A stretch of 64,000 nt of DNA, taken from assembly GCA_944372675.1 (NCBI GenBank), contig CALVZW010000001.1, positions 137 to 64,136 on the forward strand, written 5' to 3'. Origin of the DNA: an uncultured Clostridia bacterium. GTDB lineage: Bacteria > Bacillota > Clostridia > Christensenellales > UBA1242. The number at the start of each line of letters is the position of its first letter. Position 1 is the stretch's first letter. A program made the translations under genes and the position numbers. The notes below the pieces were generated by a model. That model was not told the DNA's origin. It ran no database searches and saw nothing but the letters and a program-made list of their open reading frames with translations. Shown piece after piece: positions 9,476-16,962 of the stretch.

Positions 9476-10474
9476 ATGAACCAAAAGTTAAAAGATATAT
9501 TTAGCGTAACATTGTCTTTAATCTCTTTTACAATTGCTGTAATATCATTAGCATTAGATTGGGGGCAAAAATGGTGGATAGTTTGGATTTGCGCTTTGTA
9601 CTTTATTTTTATTGCAAATTTATTAATGTTTTCTCATTTTAAACATAATGTTAAAACATATAAATTATGTATTACATTATTAGTAATAGGAATTTTAGTA
9701 GTTGTAGCATATATGGTATGCTATTTAAATGGATGGCTCAAATATTTTGAAAATGCAGACACAATTAAAAATATAATTCTTGATTCGGGAATGTGGGGTA
9801 TTATTGTATTTTTACTAATACAAATTTTTCAAGTAGTTATTTCATTTATACCTTCCATGGTTACAACTTTAGTAGGTGTTGCAATTTATGGACCACTGGT
9901 TGCATCATTAGTTAGTACTGTTGGAATTTTGTTAGGAAGTATTTTATCATTCTTTATTGGAAGAATTTTTGGACGAAAAGTTGTTGTTTGGATTGCTGGT
10001 GAAGAACAAACAAAAAAGTATTGCGATTTATTGAATAAAAAAGGTAAATTCTTGTTAGTGCTTATGTTTTTGTTTCCTGTTTTCCCTGATGATTTGCTTT
10101 GTTTAGTTGCGGGTATAACGACTATGTCATTTAGATTTTTCTTCATAGCAAGTTTAATAACGCGTCCAGTATCAATATTTACTACAGCTTATTTTGGTAG
10201 CGGTCAGTTAATTCCTTATAGTGGGTGGGGACTTTATGTATGGCCTGTAATAATTATTTTACTAATAGCAGTATTTGTTCTTTGTTGGAAATATCAAGAT
10301 AAAGTTGAAAAGTACTTTGTTGAAAAATTTTCTTCTATATCGCAAAAATATAATAACAAAAATAAAAGCAATAAAAATTTAAACAAAGATAAAATTACGA
10401 ACAATAATGTAGATAAAGATAAAATAAATAAAAAAGATAAAGAAAATACTAAAAGTATGAAAGGTGATAAATAA
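9476..10474 (+). CDS. TVP38/TMEM64 (DedA-related) family membrane protein
   Basis: Polytopic membrane protein with the motif VFPDDLLCLVAGIT and a lysine-rich tail. The SD AGGAG at 9467-9471 favours ATG 9476 over 9446. Confidence 0.65.
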   Translation: MNQKLKDIFSVTLSLISFTIAVISLALDWGQKWWIVWICALYFIFIANLLMFSHFKHNVKTYKLCITLLVIGILVVVAYMVCYLNGWLKYFENADTIKNIILDSGMWGIIVFLLIQIFQVVISFIPSMVTTLVGVAIYGPLVASLVSTVGILLGSILSFFIGRIFGRKVVVWIAGEEQTKKYCDLLNKKGKFLLVLMFLFPVFPDDLLCLVAGITTMSFRFFFIASLITRPVSIFTTAYFGSGQLIPYSGWGLYVWPVIIILLIAVFVLCWKYQDKVEKYFVEKFSSISQKYNNKNKSNKNLNKDKITNNNVDKDKINKKDKENTKSMKGDK

Positions 10475-10532
10475 TTAAATCACAAATGAAAATGGTTTTT
10501 ACCTAAATAAGTATTATATTTTTTAACAATAA

Positions 10533-10580
10533 TAAAAAACGCTTTCAAGGGGTAATTTTTGAAAGTGTTTTTTATTTTTT
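10533..10580. terminator. bidirectional intrinsic terminator between convergent genes
   Basis: Stem ACGCTTTCAA (10539-10548) pairs with TTGAAAGTGT (10559-10568, one G-U). It is flanked by an A-run upstream and a T-run downstream. Confidence 0.6.
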
Positions 10581-10600
10581 ATATTTAATATTTTTATTAA

Positions 10601-12295
10601 TTATTTTTCTCTAAAAACTTTTAGTTGCAAAAACAGTGATTTATATAAATAATCTATAAAAACAACCAATGATGCAACGATTGGTATTATAATATAAGGC
10701 AAATAATCGATAAAATTACTAAGATTTAATCCGCATAAAAAGTTAACTGCAAAGGTCAATAAGACTATTACGGCAAAAATTATTAATCTTGGTAACCACT
10801 CTTTATTTATATTATAATAACCAATTAAACTAAATTCTTTTTTAACTGCAATAATTGCATAAACAATAGGGTAAATAATTGAACAACCTAAAATACCTAT
10901 TATTAAATAAGAAATTGATTGTAACTCAGTTAATGATTCTTTAAAAGCAAAATAGCATATAAACATTAATACAACCAATGTTGCGTATGATAAAATTGAT
11001 GTTAATAAATTAGTTTTATTTATGTAAACTTTATGTGATTTTAGTTTTGTGTTGTTTTTTCTATACCTTTGGACTTTTATACCATTTAGTTCACAATTAT
11101 CTATAAAATCTGTTAAAGTTGGTAAGTCATTTTCAATTTTATCTTCTTTAACATTGTCTTTGTAATTGATTTCGCTTTTTGTAATAATTGGTTCAATAAA
11201 TTGTTTTTTAGTAGATTGCGATGAATTGTAAAAATTATAATTATTAACAATATTGTTACTTCTTTTTAAAAATATGTTAGCTTTTAAATTATCATCAACT
11301 TTAACTTTATCTTTGATTAAATAAGAATCAACTTTGCTTTTTTTGACGGTTTCATTAGATTCGATACTTGGTTCGCCAAAAAGATTTTCATTGTATTGAT
11401 TACTGAGGTCTTGTTTTGAAAAGGGTAGTAAATCATTATTGTTATCAATTTTTAAAGTTGACTTATTGCTTACCATAGATTGATATTCATTCATGTACTT
11501 GCTTTTTTCATTTGGATTAAGCAAAATGCCTTGGTCAGTGTTTTCTAAGCCTGTTTTTATTACCTCATTGTTATCAGTTTTTAACTCATTTGAAGTGTTA
11601 TCTTTTTCAATCATTTCGCCAAATATGCTATCAAAGTCTATAGCATCTTCTTTTAAGTCATTATATGACAAAGTTGTTGGCTTATATAGTAGACTTGTTG
11701 AAGCGTCTTGTGGTATAATTTGTTTGTCGGATAATAATACGGCATCAGTTTTGTCATAAACTCTAAAATCATTTACTTCTTCATTTTCAGTTGAATTTTT
11801 ATTTTCAAATGATTTTTCATTTACGTTGTTTAAATTAGTATTTGCAGAGGATTGATTTAAATAATCGAGTATTGAATAATTTGAAATTGTTTCATCCTGT
11901 ATTTCTTCAGTTGGGGTAGGGGAAGAAGTATCAGTGCGTTTAGAATGTTCAATTGTGTTAAAGAAATCTGGTTGAATTGCTAAAGTTGATGAAACATTTT
12001 TACTTACATTTTCATATTTTTTAAATTCTTCAAAATTGTATGGATGTTCTTCAACATATTTTAAACCTTTTTCAGTTAATGCACTGTACCTTCGTTTGCC
12101 ACCAATTTCACTATTTTCCCAATAGGAAGTAATAAAACCTTCAGACTCTAATTTATGTAGACTACTATATAAACTTGGTAATTTAACATCTAATTGATTA
12201 AAAGTTAAATTTTTTATAGATTTAATAATTTCAAGCCCATACTTATTCCCATCTTTTAAAGTATTTAGTATGATTGAATTTATTTTTCCTCTCAT
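10601..12295 (-). CDS. PadR-family winged-helix regulator fused to a long linker and a C-terminal 4-TM membrane domain
   Basis: The N-terminal ~90 aa (NTLKDGNKYGLEII...LPSLYSSLHKLESEGFITSYWE...GGKRRYSALTEKG) match the PadR wHTH pattern. The middle is N/S/T/E-rich. The last ~150 aa contain four hydrophobic helices. Confidence 0.7.
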   Translation of the reverse strand: MRGKINSIILNTLKDGNKYGLEIIKSIKNLTFNQLDVKLPSLYSSLHKLESEGFITSYWENSEIGGKRRYSALTEKGLKYVEEHPYNFEEFKKYENVSKNVSSTLAIQPDFFNTIEHSKRTDTSSPTPTEEIQDETISNYSILDYLNQSSANTNLNNVNEKSFENKNSTENEEVNDFRVYDKTDAVLLSDKQIIPQDASTSLLYKPTTLSYNDLKEDAIDFDSIFGEMIEKDNTSNELKTDNNEVIKTGLENTDQGILLNPNEKSKYMNEYQSMVSNKSTLKIDNNNDLLPFSKQDLSNQYNENLFGEPSIESNETVKKSKVDSYLIKDKVKVDDNLKANIFLKRSNNIVNNYNFYNSSQSTKKQFIEPIITKSEINYKDNVKEDKIENDLPTLTDFIDNCELNGIKVQRYRKNNTKLKSHKVYINKTNLLTSILSYATLVVLMFICYFAFKESLTELQSISYLIIGILGCSIIYPIVYAIIAVKKEFSLIGYYNINKEWLPRLIIFAVIVLLTFAVNFLCGLNLSNFIDYLPYIIIPIVASLVVFIDYLYKSLFLQLKVFREK

Positions 12296-12378
12296 TTTTA
12301 AAACCTCAATTTATTAAATATATTCTACATTTTTTTATAGTATTTGTCAATTAAATACTATAATTTTATAAAAAATTT

Positions 12379-12436
12379 ATAATACACCATATTTAGTGTA
12401 TTATAAACTCATAATACACAATATAAGGGGTAATAT
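12379..12436. repeat. palindrome doublet, locus A (two 26-bp units in 32-bp phase)
   Basis: ATAATACAC-CATATTTA-GTGTATTAT at 12379-12404, linker AAACTC, then ATAATACAC-AATATAAG-GGGTAATAT at 12411-12436. The second unit contains the SD (AAGGGG) and abuts the ATG at 12437. Confidence 0.9.
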
Positions 12437-13117
12437 ATGATTGATTACATACAAAGAACTGCAAGAAAAACACTTTCAATAATAATTAATGAAAAAGGTG
12501 AAGTAACTGTAAAAGCACCTAAAAGAATGTCAGAAAGTGATATCTATAAATTTGTACAATCAAAAGAAAAATGGATTAACTCAAAAGTTAATTCAATTAA
12601 ACAGCAAAATGAAATTAATAATGATTTATTTAATTATAAATGTATTTTGTTTTGTGGCAAAAAATATAGAGTTATAAAAGATACAAAGGCAAAAGATATT
12701 CAATTGGAAGAGGGTATAATAACCATAAAAAAACTTTCTTCATTAAAAAGGGAAGTGCGAGTTTTAGAAAAATTTTTGAAAAACAAATGTTTAGAAATAG
12801 TAGGGCAAAGACTTAAATATTTTTCAAATATAATGCAGTTAGAGCCACAAAAAGTAGTTTTAATGAATTCAAAAAGAAAGTGGGGCACTTGTGATAGTGA
12901 CCAAGTAATATCTTTTAATTGGCGAATAATTATGTTAACACCTAATTTAATTGATTATGTAATTGTACACGAGTTATCGCATTTAATTGAAATGAACCAT
13001 TCTCCAGCATTTTGGGCAATAGTCAGTGCGGTATTACCAAATGTAAAACAATTGAGAAGCACTTTAAAACAATGTAATTTTATTTTACAACAATTTAGAG
13101 AAATTCCTATTGATTAA
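12437..13117 (+). CDS. YgjP-like zinc metallohydrolase (DUF45/M48-like)
   Basis: 226 aa with the C-terminal motif VIVHELSHLIEMNHSPAFW (HExxH) typical of the YgjP family. Confidence 0.75.
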   Translation: MIDYIQRTARKTLSIIINEKGEVTVKAPKRMSESDIYKFVQSKEKWINSKVNSIKQQNEINNDLFNYKCILFCGKKYRVIKDTKAKDIQLEEGIITIKKLSSLKREVRVLEKFLKNKCLEIVGQRLKYFSNIMQLEPQKVVLMNSKRKWGTCDSDQVISFNWRIIMLTPNLIDYVIVHELSHLIEMNHSPAFWAIVSAVLPNVKQLRSTLKQCNFILQQFREIPID

Positions 13118-13150
13118 TATATAATTTAACAGCAATATTAAACAAAATTA

Positions 13151-13184
13151 AGCAGAATATATTGTGGTATTCTGTTTTTTTTTA
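13151..13184 (+). terminator. intrinsic terminator of the ygjP-like gene
   Basis: Stem CAGAATA (13153-13159) pairs with TATTCTG (13168-13174), followed by T9 at 13175-13183. Confidence 0.75.
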
Positions 13185-13765
13185 CATGTAAAATTTATTA
13201 TGTGTTTAAAATTTGGTGTAGGGCGATATTGTTTTTAATATATACATATCTATTCGCTAAAGACAACTTTAGCGAATAGATATAGCAAAAATACCCTAAA
13301 AATAAGATTTTTTTCACAATATTTGTTAAATTTTATACATTATTTATTAAATTTTTTTTATTATATTTAAATAAAATTCTTTGTTTATTTTCAAATATTT
13401 TTGCATTTAATTTTGCATTGTAATCGATTTTTAAAAATTTTAATGAACTTTTATTCGTTTTTATTTTAAAATTTTGCTATAACATTTTTTATTTAATTTG
13501 TTTTATTTTTATAATACTATTAAAAAATATTTTCATAATACCATTTTCATATAATTAAATTTATTTGTAATATATAATACATTGATTATACATTTAAGTT
13601 TGTATAAAATTTATAAATATTTTTATAAATTGAAATTTTGTATTTGTAATTATTATAAGTTTAATTAACATAAATTTTTTTATGCTTGTTGAATTAGTTT
13701 TTTATATTATTATTAAAATTTAATATCAATAATTTAAATAATTAATTTAATATATTTGTATTTAA
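13185..13765. other. gene-free, extremely AT-rich intergenic desert
   Basis: No ORF of 60 aa or more in any frame between 13118 and 13800. This is the longest non-coding stretch in the window. Confidence 0.8.
13246..13283. repeat. perfect 38-bp palindrome (17-bp arms, 4-bp centre)
   Basis: ATATCTATTCGCTAAAG-ACAA-CTTTAGCGAATAGATAT with arms verified base by base. There is no adjacent U-run on either strand. Confidence 0.9.
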
Positions 13766-13794
13766 TTGATAAAAATTAAAAAATTTGATATAAT
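13766..13794 (+). promoter_or_regulatory. sigma-A type promoter with extended -10, positioned for a leaderless recombinase mRNA
   Basis: -35 TTGATA at 13766-13771, a 17-bp spacer, then TGATATAAT at 13786-13794. The ATG is at 13801 with no SD. Confidence 0.55.
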
Positions 13795-13800
13795 CAATGT

Positions 13801-14880
13801 ATGGATAATAATGAAACATACATTCAGCAAAGAGATGCAAAAAATATAATTAAATTAAGAAAATTAAGGGATGAATTACCTGTTTTTTGTTCAGAATTTT
13901 TTATAGGAATTGAAAATACAACAAGTGTTTTAACTAGAATTGCCTATGCACAAGATTTAAATGTATTTTTCAAGTTTTTAACACAAGAAATACCATATTT
14001 TGAGAACAAAGATATTCGCTTAATCGCCCTTTCCGACTTAAATCATGTAACTGCTGAAAATATAGAATTATTTTTAGACTATTTAAATTTATATTATAAC
14101 AATGGTAAAAAAGTTACAAATAATGATAAGGCAAAAGCAAGAAAACTTGCAACAATACGTAGTTTATTTAAGTATTTTTACAAAAAAAATAAAATTGAAC
14201 AAAATGTTGCGCAAAAAGTTGATATGCCTAAAATTTATAATAAGACTATTGTACGATTAGAGCCTAATGAAGTTGAAAATTTATTAAATATTGTGGATAA
14301 TGGTGATGTTTCATTAACTAGACAACAAAAAGATTTTCATAAGCACACCAGAACGCGCGATTTAGCAATTTTAATGTTATTTTTAGGTACTGGTATAAGA
14401 ATTAGCGAATTAGTTGGAATAAATATTAAAGATATTAATTTTGATGAAAATTCATTTGTTATAACTCGTAAAGGCGGTGACCAATATATACTTTATTTTT
14501 CAAATGAAGTTGCAAACGCCCTACTCCATTACAAAGTGCTTAGAGAACAAATAAAGACTAAAAATCCTCAAGATAATGATGCATTTTTTCTATCATTACA
14601 AAATAAAAGAATTACTACAAGAGCAGTACAAAATTTAGTCAAAAAATATAGTAAAATCGCATCTCCATTAAAGAAAATATCACCGCATAAATTAAGAAGT
14701 ACTTATGGAACAAATTTATATCAACAAACGCACGATATTTATATTGTTGCAGATGTTTTAGGACATAAAGATGTTAACACTACTAAAAAACATTATGCTG
14801 CCATTAGTGAAAATATAAGAAAAGATGCTTCAAAACATATTAAATTAAGAAATAATGATGAAGATAATTATGATGACTAA
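13801..14880 (+). CDS. site-specific tyrosine recombinase, Xer family (long, XerS-like architecture)
   Basis: 359 aa with catalytic pattern GIRISEL (Arg I), HKLRST (His/Arg II) and LGHKDVNTTKKHY (His, Tyr). The N-terminal SAM-like core-binding domain is longer than in typical XerC/D. Confidence 0.8.
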   Translation: MDNNETYIQQRDAKNIIKLRKLRDELPVFCSEFFIGIENTTSVLTRIAYAQDLNVFFKFLTQEIPYFENKDIRLIALSDLNHVTAENIELFLDYLNLYYNNGKKVTNNDKAKARKLATIRSLFKYFYKKNKIEQNVAQKVDMPKIYNKTIVRLEPNEVENLLNIVDNGDVSLTRQQKDFHKHTRTRDLAILMLFLGTGIRISELVGINIKDINFDENSFVITRKGGDQYILYFSNEVANALLHYKVLREQIKTKNPQDNDAFFLSLQNKRITTRAVQNLVKKYSKIASPLKKISPHKLRSTYGTNLYQQTHDIYIVADVLGHKDVNTTKKHYAAISENIRKDASKHIKLRNNDEDNYDD

Positions 14881-15076
14881 TTGTTTTACAGTTTTTAATT
14901 TAAATAATAATTAAAATTTAATTTTATAATCTATTAAATTTTATTTATTAAAAGTTTGTAAAATTTACAAATTTTATTATGTTTAATTATTATTTTTAAT
15001 TTTTAAACATTTTTTTGTGAATATAAAGGTATTTGATAACATATTTAAATAAACATATTTTTAATCAAAAAAACTT

Positions 15077-15090
15077 AGAACAATTGTTTG
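15077..15090. promoter_or_regulatory. LexA (SOS/Cheo) box upstream of lexA
   Basis: AGAACAATTGTTTG compared with the Firmicutes consensus CGAAC-N4-GTTCG. It ends 7 bp upstream of the lexA -35. Confidence 0.6.
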
Positions 15091-15097
15091 ATAATGA

Positions 15098-15126
15098 TTG
15101 ACAAAAAGTTTTTTATATGGTATACT
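15098..15126 (+). promoter_or_regulatory. lexA promoter
   Basis: -35 TTGACA at 15098-15103, a 17-bp spacer, then -10 TATACT at 15121-15126. Confidence 0.65.
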
Positions 15127-15154
15127 CAAGAAAAATACAAAGGAGAATATAATT

Positions 15155-15787
15155 ATGGCAAAAAATAATCAAAAAATTGACTATATGCTAGATTATATCG
15201 CATCTTACTCAAAAGATAATGGATTTCCCCCAAGCATACGAGAAATTCAAAATAAATTTAATTTTAAGTCGACTTCTACGGTGTCATATTATCTTAAGAA
15301 ATTAGAAGAAAGAGGCGATGTTGTTAGCAAAGGTAGAAAAAATAGAACATTAACAATTTCGCCAAGATATTATGATGAGCATCCGGAATTATCAAAAAAA
15401 TTCTTAGATAAAGATTTTAATTTAATTCCCCTACTCGGTTGTATAACTGCTGGTCAACCAATTTTAGCTGAAGAAAATTATGATGAATCATTTTTTATTC
15501 CAACTAACTTGTTTAGAGGTGATAACTTATTTATGCTTACAGTAAGTGGTGAAAGTATGATTGAAGCAGGTATTTATGATGGGGATAAGATTATCGTTCG
15601 TAAACAAGAAACAGCCGAAAATGGTGAAATTATTGTTGCTTTAATTGAAAATTCTGCTACAGTTAAAACTTATTATAAGGAAGAAAATAGAATTCGTTTG
15701 CAACCCGAAAACTCAACAATGCAACCGATGTACTTTGATAATATTAGTATTTTAGGTAAAGTTATTGGTTTAATTAGAAAAATGTAA
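15155..15787 (+). CDS. lexA: LexA repressor
   Basis: Start at MAKNNQ, with SD AAGGAGA upstream. The ORF-track start at 15098 lies in the promoter. It has an N-terminal wHTH and a C-terminal S24 peptidase with the GESM serine and the VKTY lysine. Confidence 0.92.
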   Translation: MAKNNQKIDYMLDYIASYSKDNGFPPSIREIQNKFNFKSTSTVSYYLKKLEERGDVVSKGRKNRTLTISPRYYDEHPELSKKFLDKDFNLIPLLGCITAGQPILAEENYDESFFIPTNLFRGDNLFMLTVSGESMIEAGIYDGDKIIVRKQETAENGEIIVALIENSATVKTYYKEENRIRLQPENSTMQPMYFDNISILGKVIGLIRKM

Positions 15788-15841
15788 TACACAAATTGTT
15801 GTGTATTATAAAAGTAGAATACACAATATAAAGTGTATTCT
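15784..15841. repeat. palindrome doublet, locus B (overlaps the lexA stop; the second unit doubles as a terminator)
   Basis: GTAATACAC-AAATTGTT-GTGTATTAT at 15784-15809, linker AAAAGT, then AGAATACAC-AATATAAA-GTGTATTCT at 15816-15841. The stem extends to 12 bp (15813-15844) and is followed by T8. Confidence 0.9.
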
Positions 15842-15990
15842 ACTTTTTTTTAAAAATTTTACAATTATAAATTTATAAAATTAAAGTAAATAAATACTGT
15901 ATTATATCTAATAATTTTATTTTAATTATCAATTATATTTAATTATATATTGATAAAAATTATTTGAATAATTATATTAAAATTATTTAA

Positions 15991-16962
15991 TTATTTAACA
16001 AATTGTTTATATTTTTGTAATACAAATTGAATTATATTTTGTTCATCTTGTAAATTTTCATTATTCATAAATATAATATTTTTTGTGTATCTTTTATACC
16101 AAGTTATTTGTCTTTTAGCATAATTTCGAGAATGTTGTTTAACTTTTTCAATAGCATTGTTTAATGTATCATTGCCATTAAAATAATCAAAAAATTCTTT
16201 ATAGCCAATTGCATATGACACTTGTAGTTTTTTATTTAATTTGTTTTGCAAATCGAAAATATATTTTGCTTCTGTTAATAGTCCATTTTCTAACATTTCA
16301 TCAACTCGTGAATTAATATCATTATATAATTTTTCTCTATCCTTATTTAAAAAAATTATAAAATATTCATAAGGTGAATTTTCAAAATTATTTTTGTTTT
16401 GTCTTATGTTAGATAATTTTTCATTTGTGGAATGACAAATTTCTAATGTTCTAATAATTTTTTTGGTATCGTTAATGTTTAATTTTTTTGCCGTTTGTTC
16501 ATCTACTTTTAGCAACAAATTATATAATGCTTTTTTCCCCTGCTCTTCAAGAATTTTATTTAAACATTTGCGATATTCTTCGTCTTTTTGACATTGTGCA
16601 AAATCATAAGGGAATAAAAGGCTTTCAATATATAAACCGGTTCCACCTACTATTATTGGCAGTTTTTTATTTTGATATATTAAATTTATTTGTTTAACTG
16701 TATCATTTTTAAATTCTGCAGTACTATATTCTTCTTCAATATTTTTTATGTCAATATTGTAATGAGGATATTTTTTTAGCAATTTTTCATCAAGTTTTGC
16801 AGTTGCAATATTACATTGTCTATAAATTTGCATTGAATCGGCAGAAATTAAAGAACAATTTAAAATATCATAAAGTTTAAGTGCTACTTTTGTCTTACCT
16901 ACACCTGTTGGGCCTGCTAATATAAGCAAAGGTATTTTATTTATAGTACTCGTTTGAACCAT
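15991..16962 (-). CDS. miaA: tRNA dimethylallyltransferase
   Basis: 323 aa with P-loop GPTGVGKT and the miaB-mutS-mutL-miaA synteny. Confidence 0.9.
   Translation of the reverse strand: MVQTSTINKIPLLILAGPTGVGKTKVALKLYDILNCSLISADSMQIYRQCNIATAKLDEKLLKKYPHYNIDIKNIEEEYSTAEFKNDTVKQINLIYQNKKLPIIVGGTGLYIESLLFPYDFAQCQKDEEYRKCLNKILEEQGKKALYNLLLKVDEQTAKKLNINDTKKIIRTLEICHSTNEKLSNIRQNKNNFENSPYEYFIIFLNKDREKLYNDINSRVDEMLENGLLTEAKYIFDLQNKLNKKLQVSYAIGYKEFFDYFNGNDTLNNAIEKVKQHSRNYAKRQITWYKRYTKNIIFMNNENLQDEQNIIQFVLQKYKQFVK

Noticed and set aside
13568-13595. dif-like dyad AATATATAATA-CATTGA-TTATACATTTA in the AT desert.
   Set aside because: Only the inner ATAAT/ATTAT resembles Xer core sites. In DNA this AT-rich, such dyads arise by chance. 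It is kept only as a candidate to test under the XerS-like finding.
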